From Adineta vaga (Eukaryota > Animalia > Rotifera): 64,000 nt of DNA. The notes beneath the pieces were generated by a model. That model ran no database searches. It worked only from the letters and a program-made list of their open reading frames with translations, and was not told the DNA's origin. The DNA lies in NCBI GenBank assembly GCA_021613535.1, contig CP075497.1, positions 558,001 through 622,000 of the forward strand, in the 5' to 3' direction. Position numbers and translations under genes: made by a program. Positions within the stretch are counted from its first letter, which is position 1. Every line of letters starts with the position of its first letter. Shown piece after piece: positions 26,928 through 39,924 of the stretch.

Positions 26928-29006
26928 TTATTGGTTGTTGTTCATTTCAGCCTGTTTTTGTGCTTGTTTGTATATTTCAAGGTTGTTCTGATGGCTCAAA
27001 GTCTGAGGATGCCCTTTTCGTAGAGCCTTTTTATCAATTTTGAGTGCCTCTTCAGCATACTCGACAGCTTTCGTATACAGACTCAAATAATACATTGTAT
27101 TAGCAATCATATTGTATGTGTTAGCTATTGTTGGATGAATTTCTGGAAATATTTCCAAATTAATCTTGAGTGCTTCTTGACATTTTCCCAATGCTTCTTC
27201 ATGTTTGCCTTGTCCATTAAGAATTCCAGCTATATTTGTGTGCAATGTCGCTATTAATTCTCGATTGCTATTATTTTGAGCATTGCATTCTTCAATTGCT
27301 TTTTGATAATATTGAATAGCTTTATTGGTTTCCTTCATTTTGCAAAAAAGAGTTGCCATATTATTATATGTTACTGCTTTGCCTCCCGTTTCTTCCAATT
27401 CAAGTGATTTGTTGTAATAATCTAACGCTGCTTCATTTTGATCCAGTTCATCTTTGACCATTGCAAGGTTAACATATAATACGGAACGGCGTTGTGGCGT
27501 AGTTTCAGTTTCGAACGCTTTAAAATAAAACTATTCCGATTTTTTCCATATTGCTAATTGATACATCAATCTACCAAAACTTAGACAGACATTCGAATCT
27601 CCCATGGATTTTTTAAAATGTTCTTTCAAAGCGGTAAGTCGTTTATCATGATCATCTGTTAATGCTAAAGGAACGATCCATATTCCTTCAGACGAACGTG
27701 TTAATTTACCGATACGAAACACTGATCCCATTGAGAAAAGCCATTCTTTTTCATTTTTATACTAGCTAAGTTCGGTTACATAAGCAACAGGAATTTCCGT
27801 ATTTTTCTCGATTTTAATTTCAAACAGAACGGTTGCTTTTCTCTTATCATCTAGATGAAGACGTGCAAATTGAAGTCCTACTTCACGATCCGATGTAGTC
27901 GAGAGAAAACTTGAAAATGATATAAGTCCACCCACATTATCACACAGTTGATCGAATTCGTCTTTTTCTAATGCTTGTCCTCGAGACAACATTTTTTCAT
28001 CAGGATTGTTTGTTTCTTGTTGAATAGTGATTTGTTGATGAAGATGACGGATATAAATGCGTAGAACATAAAGCGTATCATAATCATGAATACGGAGAGC
28101 TTTATTCAACATACGATAAAGAAATGTATTACGAGTGTACCAATAGATAGAAATATTCGATGAATAGCTTCGTTTGAGTTCTTTTAGATTTGCTAGTTCT
28201 TTAACATTAGTCCTGTATCGAGTTTGACAAAAATCATACATGTCCTGCATATCTTCATCCGATACTTTTAAAACTATATCTCGAAATAATTGATCGTACA
28301 TAAACGATGCTTCTTGTTGACTAGCTTCGGACACATCTTTTGATGACGATCGTTCCATAATTTCAAAACCTAACAACGTATAATCAAGTTTTGTCACATC
28401 TTTGTCCAACTGTTTACATAAGGATAGGATCGTACTGTAAATACAACTAATTTCTGGATATTGACTATACCAAGGTTCTTCTTTTACCTTTCCCGGACAA
28501 TAAATATAGATTGATTCAAGTTGTTTCTCTCCATGAATGTTTGAAATAAAATCTTCTTCAACCGCACCTGAGATGATCACAAAAATCTTTTCGTCTTTGA
28601 TCTTTGACATAAAATCTCGACATTCTTTTGGATCCAAAAATATTTTCACAGAATTTACAACTTGTTCCAATTGATGTTTGGATTCTTGGTCACACTTACC
28701 CTTACCTCCCATTGATTGATCCAACCATACAAGAACATAATTTTCTATGTTTTCTACTTGTGGTAAAGGTTTTTCAAGTTCCGATGTTGTAAGTTTTGCT
28801 TTTGCCGATTTAGGTATCGGTATTACGTATAATTTGTAACCTGTCGTTTTTCGAAGTAGTCGTTTATATGGTGGTAATTTACTATCAAATTTACCATCGT
28901 TTGTAAATAATTGCCAGTCACTTTTCGATTGTGGTGGTGCAGAGAAAGCTCTCTTTTCATTTTTTGCAGAAAAAAACGATCTTACCAGTTTGTTATGATC
29001 GTACAA
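26928..29006 (-). pseudogene. ADP-ribosyltransferase (R-S-E clade)-TPR protein with two in-frame TAG stops
   Basis: ORFs 27762-29006, 27531-27731 and 26928-27461 share one frame: ...TELS*YKNEKEWLFSMG...KKSE*FYFKAFE... Motifs WYTR..FLYRMLNKALR, SRGQ, FLSTT, EKEWLF, then TPRs. Confidence 0.85.
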
Positions 29007-29123
29007 TTGTCTTGTTTTTCTCTCTCACGCGTAAGAAAGAAAAGCAAGATATTTGTACAATCATAACAAACTGCTTTCTTATTGGAAATTCGCAAAACGG
29101 TAAGATTGTTATTTTCCGTGAAA

Positions 29124-29178
29124 CTTGAAGGGTGTGTGGATCACGAACAATAGAATATTCACACCCACCCCTCAAGAT
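29124..29178. repeat. Telomeric-repeat inverted module
   Basis: cttgaagggtgtgtgg-atcacgaacaatagaatatt-cacacccacccctcaagat. Confidence 0.8.
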
Positions 29179-29233
29179 CTTTTACTGTTCGACGAAAGCG
29201 ACTAGAAGCGACGAGAAAAACATAGAAACTACC

Positions 29234-29919
29234 CTAAAAATTTGAGAAAACAGTATGAACAATCTTTGTACAACAAGTCAAACAGACCGCATAATTAGTC
29301 CACATAAATTGGACAGACAATTGAGAGACAACGGCTTCTATAGAATTAGGATTTGCTACGATACTTATTCCGGATGTACACCATATATAGATATTGTCAA
29401 TACCATAGGGAGCAAGACAGAAAACAACTAATATTACTTGCATACAGATCATTCTTGTCAATTGTTTTTGCGCTCCTTGATCAGCCAGTACAGTCGTTCG
29501 TTCAATGTTTCGAAAGGCCAAACATCCAAAAGTTATCATTACAATGCTAACTATAAGAACAAGTACAATAACAATGAATAATGGTACATAAACTTCAAAG
29601 ATAGCATCTGTATATCGACAAACGCCAGTGACTAGTGAAAGATTAGCAAAAACAAGATATGGAATACCATGTAAACAACAAATGATAATGACAATAATTG
29701 TAATACGATGGGTCCATTTAATATTACTTCAGTTACGAACACGACTATTTGGTGATGTAGCAAAAATTGATCGATAGGTGCCAAACATGAAAAACATAAT
29801 GACATCATACCAAATGTAATATTACAAAATCTTCTTATTTTACACACAACATTTGAAGTACTACCCAATTCTAATGCAAATCCATCATATGTAATGCGTA
29901 TACCTACATTAGTAAACAT
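29234..29919 (-). pseudogene. Rhodopsin-like GPCR fragment, frameshifted and 5'-truncated
   Basis: CKIRRF...CLAPIDQF (TM3) and QKQLTRMICMQVILVVFCLAPYG (TM6) lie in different frames. Confidence 0.65.
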
Positions 29920-30176
29920 TAAGATAATCAGAGATGCAGAATCTTCCTCGTGCGTCCCCGTACCGGGGGGGGGGGATTTGAAAAGTTCTTATACTGGGAA
30001 AAATTTTTGAAAAAAGTATTAGAAGAGGAAATCTTGTTCTCCTCATAATTAACTATATGATATAAATCATTTTCCCCTTCTCATATGTGCATCCATCTAA
30101 ATATGCACTTAGATGTACACATACATAACTTCGTTATTCTAGTCACTGGTCGTTTCTCGTTCTCTTTCTGCGTCTC

Positions 30177-30250
30177 TGGGTGTGGGCGAAGGAGTCATCT
30201 CCCTACACTTACACTCACCAAATACCCCATACTCACACCCACCCTCAAGA
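30177..30250. repeat. Telomeric-repeat inverted module
   Basis: tgggtgtgggc...ctcacacccaccctcaaga. Confidence 0.7.
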
Positions 30251-30639
30251 CCGGTACGTTATGAGCCCTCACATCTCTTGGTTGCTAATTTTGAATCGAA
30301 AATTTTAATACATTCTGTATGTAAACAAACATGTCGCTGTAAAATCAAAAGTCTGGATCGGATTACATCCACGAAGTAAAGATATAGGTTGGATGTAAAA
30401 TCGTCTTCTTGAGCGCAAGATAACGTTCTGCCATTCAAACTGCTCCATTATCTCATATTTTACAAATGCATTACTATATATCATTGTATGTGATTCGCCA
30501 TCGCGAACAAAGCATCTTTCGCCAAGAAAACTCGAGCCCCTTCTCTGCTTCGTTTATTATATTAACAGTTGCACAAAAGAAATTTTTTTTTTAAAGAGAT
30601 GAAGTTTGTTCTGTAGATAAATTACGTTGGGCGCATTAG

Positions 30640-31632
30640 TTAGTTCTGCATTGGTTGCACCAAACCTCGTGTCATCCGAATGATGATCAACCGTTTTAGT
30701 TTCTCCTTTAAGTTTGGTAATGATAATATAATGACGAAAGGTAAAAATATACATATTCCAAATGCCCAGTAAGTGAACAGATTCAAATACAGATCGTATG
30801 GGAAAGGTGTTGGTCTGCCAGTGAGTTGTGCAATAGGATTTATTGAAAACGGTGCACAGAAGAGAAGATAGACAGTCGAAACGCTCAGCATTGGAACGAT
30901 CATTTTACGATACTTTCGCCATTCAATTGATAGTTGAAATCTACGCCGAGAAATAACCGTTCGCACTAGCAGTCCAACACTAAAGATGATAATAAGGAAG
31001 GGTGATATGATTTGATGGATTAACAACTCAATACCGAACACCGTGGCTGTTTCAAGATTCATGTAGCAGACAAAGGCGCACCAGGGAGAGGAAAAATCAA
31101 AGTTGTTAGTACACGGATAGAAATAGTCGACAAAGATATAGTAAACTAATTCATACAAGCATATGGTTGGAATCGGCAGGTAGTGAAGAAAGAATCGGCG
31201 ACCTCTTGTGTTGAACAAGTTCGAGTGAAAGATAAGCAAGTGTCTCTCAAAAGATGCCCAAACCATGAGAAGCAAACATGAGTTGTAGGTAAAAGTATCG
31301 ACGAACATCCATATGGTACATGTGACTTCGACTGATGGGCGGACAATTCCTGTCTTCAAATACTGAAGAGCTAACGACATATCGACAAGAAGCTGCACGA
31401 AATTAAGTACGAGCAGAATGAAAATCACATGAAGATTTAGTGTTTTCCTTAAACTCTGTAGAGACGAGAGAAGATGATAGCCAACGAAGATATAACCAAA
31501 GAAGGTCATTATCTGATCTACTTGCAGAATCCCGAAGGTAATCTGATGGGAGAAGTTTTGGTTGCTGTCTATTTCGCTCATAGGGAAGGTTGTTGTTATA
31601 TTATCCAATGTTTCACTAACGTTTCCTGTCAT
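30640..31632 (-). CDS. Rhodopsin-like 7TM GPCR
   Basis: 330 aa, seven hydrophobic segments, WASFERH at the DRY position, WRKYRKMI before TM6; paralog of 38968-39924. Confidence 0.85.
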   Translation of the reverse strand: MTGNVSETLDNITTTFPMSEIDSNQNFSHQITFGILQVDQIMTFFGYIFVGYHLLSSLQSLRKTLNLHVIFILLVLNFVQLLVDMSLALQYLKTGIVRPSVEVTCTIWMFVDTFTYNSCLLLMVWASFERHLLIFHSNLFNTRGRRFFLHYLPIPTICLYELVYYIFVDYFYPCTNNFDFSSPWCAFVCYMNLETATVFGIELLIHQIISPFLIIIFSVGLLVRTVISRRRFQLSIEWRKYRKMIVPMLSVSTVYLLFCAPFSINPIAQLTGRPTPFPYDLYLNLFTYWAFGICIFLPFVIILSLPNLKEKLKRLIIIRMTRGLVQPMQN

Positions 31633-33425
31633 AATCTAAACAGAACCAAATATTTGTTTTTGATCACTTTATTTTACTTGCATAACTAAGAAAACATGTT
31701 GGATCCCATCAGAATGGTGCATATTCTATACGGCTGCACATGACATATTTTGACGTCAGTGTGCTGCCATTCTACTAATAATTGAGGCAGAAAATGTTTT
31801 GAACAACTAGTATCTAAAAATCAACTAAGCGATTGCATAAAAGAAACAACTTATGTCTAACAATATTTGATGGACATATTATAATGGCAAGGAAAAAAGG
31901 CATACGCAACTATTTCACACACAACACGAGTGTATCTATGATAAAGAAGATTGAGAAGAGCAAATAAGAAGGAAAACAGATCGTGCAAGAGTGATATGCT
32001 TATTTACACATGCATCATGTGCAGACGTTCATTCGTGAGTTTTCTTATAGACAACTTGATTGCTTTGTTTTTACGCACAGAATGTCGTATGAATGATGTA
32101 AATAGAAAACGAAGTAATACACAAGTATAAGATACGCAAAGACACTGCCTGGACGCTACTTTCACACAAAGAGAATCGGTCATTAGTAATACTCTTTGAA
32201 TATGCATCCCTCTGTAACTACTTAGGTCTAAGGAGATTTTTCTTTTATTTCTCTCGTACTCTGATATGTACGAAACTCTTGCAATTTCCATATAGTATTC
32301 ATGAAAAGATAACTTTGAACTTACAAGAGTCAACATTTGATTATGGCAAAAACGAAAAACAAATCAATATAATTTTATTCTACTAGCGATTACAATTTAA
32401 ACCAGCGAGATCCCATACATACTATGCACAGCTATTTTCCCCTTTAACGTATGATCTCAAACGTTTAACTTTTCATCCGGTAAGAGACATACAGACACGC
32501 CATATCATGTATACAGACAGACAGCCCTACGACTTTAGTCTTATGGTCTTATATCCATTATAACTCTTTTATAGTATTATTCCGTTATTATATTAATCTC
32601 TTCAGAACCTATATGCACTGCCATAGGATAGCTCCTAAGCACTTATGGGTACTCCCAAAGGTAACATGACGATATATATTTCTACTAAGCGTACGATTGA
32701 GAAATCTTAAAATTACTGGAAACTTATAAAATAAAATGAAAAGATTCTCTCCAATTATCATGAATGAGAAAAATAAAAATACCATTTATTATTCAAATCT
32801 GGTAATACGATGAGTTGTATAATTTATATGTAAATGCACTTTTAACTACTAGGTTATAAAACTCATCATTGAGATAAAAGTCTATTTTTTTTATCTCTTT
32901 TGACGCAGTTATATAAAGATTAATTCAATCAGAAATGATAACTCAAATGATGCTTCATATAAGTGAAAAATAATTTTATCATAATATTATCTTTTCTTCT
33001 TTTTCTATGCTGACATCAATGCTTAGTTTGATTCATTTATTATAATTGATATAAAATTAACTTCTCGCTTTCTTTTTGTCTCTTTCGGAGCGGAAGATTG
33101 ATGGAAAAAAAATCAGAAAATGTTGTGTTTTTATTTATAGCTTTACTGATTGATGTGATATTTTCAAGTGCAAAAATAAAATGAATGTTATTTAGTTGAA
33201 TAATTTATTAATATGAATGAACAATATTCAAGTTTTACGATTAAAAATTAAACTATGTATCGTGTCAACTTATATTGTAGTATCGAATATATTTTAGATT
33301 TATATAATTTGATAGGTGGAAATTGTGATTTTTATAATTAAATATTTATTTTATTATTATTTCATTTTTGATAAGAATCATGTTTATTAAATGAGCAAAA
33401 AATATACATGATTTTCTAATTTATC

Positions 33426-36205
33426 TTAACTATCCGGCATAAGATCATTACTATCAATATATAAGTCCAAATGTCGAAATCCGGGAAGATCTCGAACGGG
33501 CAAATTAGGTTGTAAATATTCTTTGACATGTAATTGTCCATTTGAATCTTTTGTAAATCCACTACCATCAAATAAAACCGTAAGAGCTAATCGATTATAG
33601 AGAAAACCACGAGACTCTCCTAATGTTCCTTCACATGCCATAAATCTTTCTTCTGTCATAAAACGGGAATCAGTTGGAACACCTCTAATAGACATTTCAT
33701 TGACATCAGAATAAGATATTCCGTTAAGATACGATGCTTGAGCTTCAATTTCATTAAAAGTCATTGATTTGAATGCATCTGCATCCCATGTGAAATTTTT
33801 TTGGTTATAAACGCGTTTGAAAACGCATCCGAAACGCGTCTGATAAACGCATCTGGACGCGTCCTACATGAAACATCTGATGCGTCTAGATGCGTTTCGA
33901 GGATGCGTTCAGATGCGTTTCACAGGTGCGTTTAGACGCGCTCGAAAACAAAACGCGTTCAAACGCATCCGAATAATCGGTGAAACACCTGACGCGTCAG
34001 ACGCGTTTCGAAAAAATTGCAAAAAAAAAAGATTTTTTTGTACTTGTAGATTTGAACTACGTTACCATCAGAACCTCATGATGGTCATCTCTATCCTAGA
34101 GGCATAGTACAGAATATATTTTATGACTTACATAATTAATTTTGATTTGTGCGATGAACGAGACTAGAACATATGAACATGTGAATAGAAAACAAGTGAC
34201 TTACGATTGAGCCATATATGCTCGATAAACTAACATTCATATATTGATATCATTTTAAAATTCAATTCTACTTAGATAATAAATGTTGTTATAGCATAGA
34301 ATTATATTTTAGATGAGATTATATATTTTCTAATATTAATAATTAATTCATATTCAGCTCAATAACAAAAATTATTTTCCATCAAAACTCGTATGTATTT
34401 CCATATTTAGTTTATTTTTATCTATATTAGAAATTAAATAAGATAATTCAAGTATAAAATATAATTATTTGAGAAAAATATGAAACTTATTCGGATTTTA
34501 ATAATACCAAAAATCATAAGAACTCGAGAATCATTATTTTTCTTACCATTATGAAAAAGGCTATTTCGACGAAGGAACAACTTTGTCTTTCTATTTTTTA
34601 TCTTTACTTCAAATTTAATGAAAAATCTTATAGTTTTAACAATATTTCGTAAAAAGAAGATTTATTGAAGTCTGAAATATAAATTAAATTCAATAAAATA
34701 AATAATTACAATTGAATAATTATTATTTGGTATTTTCTTTCATACAGGATCAAAAACGAAATATATTTCTTTCATATATAATAATAAGGATAATAAACTC
34801 TTTATTTTCTAAATATTAAATTAAAAAAAAGACAAAAATGGGAATTATACGAATATTATTTATAAATAAACCTTTTATTTCCTTGAGTTCTACTATTTTT
34901 TTGATAAACTTCTTTGCACATTTGATCGGTTTTCTTTCCAATCAATAATGCTAAAGGATCATTTATATTTAACTTTTGTGTATTAAAATTATTATTTTTA
35001 TCTCCATTCTATATCTGCAATTCATATTTTTAATTAAATACTTGTTTTCCTCATTTGCGTAATTTAAACTGAAACTTTCGACTAAACAACAGAATTTCAA
35101 TGGACACAAAGATAAAACTGTCTAAATGATAAAGATATTAACTTCTATTCTAAGGTGACACAATTATATAAAAATATTTGATGAGTCGTATTTAATCAAT
35201 AACAACCCTCAAACTTATTGAAACAAACACAAAAAATCTTTTCTAAAACCATAGGTTTATCTTTATATCAAAAATTCGTTCCGAGATCTTTTTTATCGAA
35301 ATTCATTCTCATCTAAAATGCGTTTAAACGCGTTTATCATCCAGATTATCCCTAAAACGCATTTGAATATCAACAGCTGTGAAACGCGTCCCCACTCCAA
35401 ACGCGTTTAATCGCGTTTCTTAGTTCAAACGCGTTAGAACGCACACATCAGACGCGTCTAAACGCTTTCTCAATTCAAACGCATCAGGACGCGTGCTTCA
35501 GACGCGTTTAAACGCTCTCCCAGCCCAAACGCAGCAGGACGCGTGCTTTAAACGCGTCTAAACGCTTTCGTCTCTGAAAACGGGCAAAAACGCGATATAG
35601 AAACCAAACGCGTTTGTGTTTTAAGTGCGTGTGGACGCGTTTCTTACTAGGAACGCGTTCGAACGCGCCCATAGGATGCGTTTAGACGCGGTACATGTAT
35701 CATTTGAAACATTAAACGCGTTCAAACGCAGACTAAACGCGTCTAAACGCGTTTTTTCTGCGTTTCAGTGTTACATGGGATGTTGACATATCTTAGTTGA
35801 AATGGACTTTGGATAATACTTATCTATGAGTGATAATATTCCATCCCATGTCGCTGGAACACACTGATCTGATCTATAAAATATACCTAAACGAAAATAT
35901 CTACCAGCTTCTAGTCTTTTACGAATCCATCGATCTTCACAACCAATTGAACGTAGTGCTTGAGCATTAGAATGTTTCAGAAATAAATTTAATCCATCTC
36001 CACCCATTACCCAAGCAAATTTTTTATTTCTCTGTAAATACTCAAAATCTGCTTCGTTTTCACCTTGTGATGCACGACCAGCGATCATATCTAAATCTTT
36101 TTCACTCATTGTATTCTCACCATCGTTTGATTTGTTTTTCGATTGAAAAATTTTCGTAAATCTTTCAATAATATTCTCATCGTTTGATGTAATTTGTTTC
36201 TCCAT
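33426..36205 (-). pseudogene. 260-aa hypothetical protein gene interrupted by a DNA transposon
   Basis: Removing 33785-35779 plus one AT copy fuses ...STKICQH to ADAFKSMTFNEIE... in frame (142 + 118 aa). Confidence 0.85.
33785..35779. mobile_element. Non-autonomous DNA transposon, CMC/EnSpm-like (1995 bp)
   Basis: Termini CCCATGTGAAA...TGTTACATGGG; 2-bp TSD AT (33783-84 and 35780-81); dense subterminal AAACGCRT/GACGCGT repeats at about 33809-34010 and 35318-35765; AT-rich core with no recognisable transposase. Confidence 0.85.
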
Positions 36206-37125
36206 TGATTATTTCACAATTTATAAATAAAATACACGCTCCCCAATTTATCAAAACTTTTCTTTTTAGAATAAAAACGAAAAACAACATGACGAGGAAG
36301 AAAGAGAATAGAAAGGTAAATAGGTGAACGACACGTGTAGAACAGAACTTTTTTCTAAGCTGAATCTTACTGAAAATATGTAAATGAGATCAATCATTTT
36401 GAGAATGAATAATTAGCAGCAATGACACTAGTATAATATGCGCATGTCTTTTGTTTGCTTCTCAAAAAATTTCATTTTCTTCACTATAAACGATCAAGAA
36501 CGTTCCATCAGACTCCTTCATAGATGTTCTCATAATACGTCACACTGTAGCAGTCGACGGTTCTTGGCAATCAAACAAACCTTCTTCTTTATTCCTTTTT
36601 CTATGAAAGAACGGATTATAATAATATATATATGAATAATTGCATCAATCGCAGAGAAAAAATTACGAAATTTATCTGTTCGAAAGTATCCCGCGTTCTC
36701 TTCCGCGTAAGAAAAAATTCAAATTATAACTTCACTGACAACTACACCCTATCACCATCAAGATATAACTGGTTGACTTGGTCATACTTTTGTCATCGAA
36801 CGGCATATTCAATTATTTAGAGAAACATTTCTCGTATATAATAACAAAAATATTACGTACTTCTGAATAAAATTAATTATATTTGCATAAACGATATGAG
36901 ATAAAGAATTGAAAGTATTCCATCATCCTTTGTTACAATTGATTTATCGGGAACAAAACAAAGAAAAAACTAATATACTATTACCGTGAAAACCAACTAA
37001 CAATCATTATTTTATGTTTGTCGTTAGAAAGTACATTTTTATTTGATTTTTGTCGATAGACAAATAAAAAATTTCTTATTATCTCAGGAAATTTGAATCA
37101 TATTCATTTCTTTAACGTAAAAGTA

Positions 37126-38061
37126 ATGTGTGAGCGTCTTCTGTTTTGGCTCTATTACTATATTGCCATCTGTATTACTTGTACATTGCAACAACAGATG
37201 GGTCGTGAATATAATCAAATGAATTATCTTACAAATAGTTCTCCAATTGATCAATCAAATCTTGATTCTAAATTACTTTGTATTGCACAATGTACACAAC
37301 AGATTTCAACATGTAATATCATTGTATTTGATCGTCAAGCATCACCTCCATGTAAGATGTTTAATGAAATATTCATAATGGGAAACCTTGTCGTATCGGT
37401 TAGTGGTATTGTTGTGGACTTTAGTCAGTCCAATGTCAATGAAGGTATATTTACAAAAATACAATTGATTTCAGTTCGAAAAGTTTACTATCATACACTG
37501 AAATACTAGAAGATTTTTAACAGATAAAATATCTTATTATATAGTAATTATGAAGAATAATTTCTATGTTTTATTATTTAAAATATAGATTGTGGAAATG
37601 GTAGTACATTTATAACATTTGATGATTTAACAGCTGGAACAGCTGTACCGAATGGTTATAGTAATATTGATTGGAATAATGCAGTTGCGTATAACAGTTT
37701 TCATGCAGTAAATGGATATACAACAGGTACTGTCAGTAAAAATTGTACATCGATGAACAGTGGTGGCAATCCAATGACAATGACACGTACCGGCAGTACT
37801 CTTTTTACTTTACATTCTGCTGCAATTGCTGCAGCATGGTACGATAATTTACAATTAAACGTAGTTGGCTATCGTTCAAATTCAACTATTGCAAATTATA
37901 CTTATACACTTCAAGTGTTCTCAGTGTCCAATATCAAATTCATTGGATATTCTAATTTAGATGAAGTTATATTTTCAACATCAAATGGAACGCAAAATCC
38001 ATCTGTATCGGGTATTGGTACACACTATGCAATGGATAATCTTTGCATTAGTGTTATATGA
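37126..38061 (+). CDS. Secreted protein: PAN/Apple-like domain plus C-terminal beta-sandwich domain
   Basis: Exon 37126-37444, intron gtatat...atatag, exon 37589-38061. Hydrophobic N-terminus; SKLLCIAQC...CNIIVFD...CKMF; ITFDDL...PNGYSNIDWNN...AAWYDNL...HYAMDNL. Confidence 0.75.
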
Positions 38062-38967
38062 ATATAAAGATTATCAAAAGTACAATTCAATAATTTTCTC
38101 ATTGTTTATGAACATATTCTTTTTATTCGAATTATAATAAAGTATTTACAAATCAAACTTCAATCGAGATAATGGCTAGATTTAATCCAATGAATGGTTA
38201 AAGGAACAATCAAAATGAATTCTATCGTTTTTATATAAATTATGTTATTTTGTCCTGAATGACATCAGAAGAACTAAAAAAAAAGTTTTCTGCAACACTT
38301 GGTAATCCATTCTACACATAATTTTTGTTTCTATTTTCATTCTTTTCTTTCCATTTAAGTGTTGATAATGTGTTTTCTAATGATATCTAAATCGCCAACA
38401 ATTATCTTTTCAAATAGTATTATTTCTATTATTGAACTATAAATAAATGAGAACAAACATAGAGATGATGTTAATTATTTTTTCTCGTCGATCGAGGTCA
38501 TAATTGTTCAGAAATTTTTTAAAATATGACATTGCTCAAAACAAAATATCCACATATGGACGAACATTACATTCAGCACACTTATAACTTATTTTAATTT
38601 CTCAAAAGATTATACAGATAGAATTAGCGACTGACAAAAAATAATGATTTGTAAACATGCGGTCGCTTGTGTCAAATAAATTAACATTAAATTCGTATTC
38701 TTTGATCCCAATTACGTCTCAGTAGAGTTTTATGAAAAATTTTAACTTTTAGTTCAAATAATTTTTGACCAATTAAAAAAGTGCAGAGAGACGAGCAAGG
38801 TAGTAGACAATTTGTGTTTGCACTAGTCTTCTCTACAAGAAAAAGATTAAAAAAAATAGAAACACAGTCAAATATAGTAGAGAGAATTATTTCATTTTGT
38901 TGCATATATAAAAATAAGATTAGTTGCTCACTTATTTATAGTTTTGTAATAGACAATAAAAATTCTA

Positions 38968-39924
38968 ATGAATCAATCTGCCAATAATTCCATATACGAA
39001 GACGTACGTTCGTCACCTGTTCTTTGGTTATGGCTTCTTGCTGTTTTTATCATACCTTCGGTTCTTTGTTCTTTCTTTCTACTGTTTCATTTTCTTGGCA
39101 AACGATCTCTTCGTCAAGCAATCAATAATCATATTATTATCGTCGTCCTTATTCTTGGCCTCATTTACACATTGATTGATATAGGAAGTTCAATCACATA
39201 TTATCGTTTAAACCGTATGGTTTGGCCAAAATTACCTGCTTTTTGTTTCATCTGGCTACTCGTCGATTTTGGAACATATAATACAATTACAGTTCTATTA
39301 GCATGGGCTTCATTTGAAAGACATATTCTTGTCTTTCATCACCAATTAATGAATACTCATTCGAAGAAGATTATTTTTCATTATATACCCTTGTTTTTTC
39401 TTCTCATCTATATGAGTCTATTTTATATCATAGTCGTATTTTTCTATCCATGTGAGAATTATTGGGATTATACTTGGGCTATCTGTGGAGTTGATGGATG
39501 TTATCATAGTAATTTGTTTTTATCGTATTGGGAACTTTATTTACATGGTATTATACCTATGATGTTAATCGCAGTGTTCAATATCACATTATTGATTCGT
39601 GTGTTGTGTCATAAACGAGCAGTTCATCAGACGATTGTGTGGAAAAAGCATCGTAAAATGGCCATTCAATTACTGAGTATTTCAGCACTGTATCTGTCCG
39701 TTAATTTTCCCCTATTTTTTATTACAATGTTGAATCTATTGGGATTAATGTTGAATCATCCAGCATTCGGTAAACTATCCTATTTTACTAATCATGTAAT
39801 TATGTTTTTACCATTTGTAACTCTCGGATGCTTACCGGAAGTTTGGAAAAAAATGAAAAGTATTTTACCTATAAACACAATACAAATAACACCATTTCCA
39901 ATTCAACCAAACAACAATTTCTGA
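38968..39924 (+). CDS. Rhodopsin-like 7TM GPCR
   Basis: 318 aa, seven TM segments, LAWASFERH, WKKHRKMAIQLL. Confidence 0.85.
   Translation: MNQSANNSIYEDVRSSPVLWLWLLAVFIIPSVLCSFFLLFHFLGKRSLRQAINNHIIIVVLILGLIYTLIDIGSSITYYRLNRMVWPKLPAFCFIWLLVDFGTYNTITVLLAWASFERHILVFHHQLMNTHSKKIIFHYIPLFFLLIYMSLFYIIVVFFYPCENYWDYTWAICGVDGCYHSNLFLSYWELYLHGIIPMMLIAVFNITLLIRVLCHKRAVHQTIVWKKHRKMAIQLLSISALYLSVNFPLFFITMLNLLGLMLNHPAFGKLSYFTNHVIMFLPFVTLGCLPEVWKKMKSILPINTIQITPFPIQPNNNF

Noticed and set aside
33868-34107. 79-aa ORF inside the transposon
   Set aside because: Derived from the ACGCGT subterminal repeats; not transposase-like.
33785-35779. Transposon acting as a self-removing intron (GTAACA donor in the TIR, CAG acceptor just outside)
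   Set aside because: The donor is phase 2 and the nearest acceptor is phase 1, so that splice would not restore the frame.
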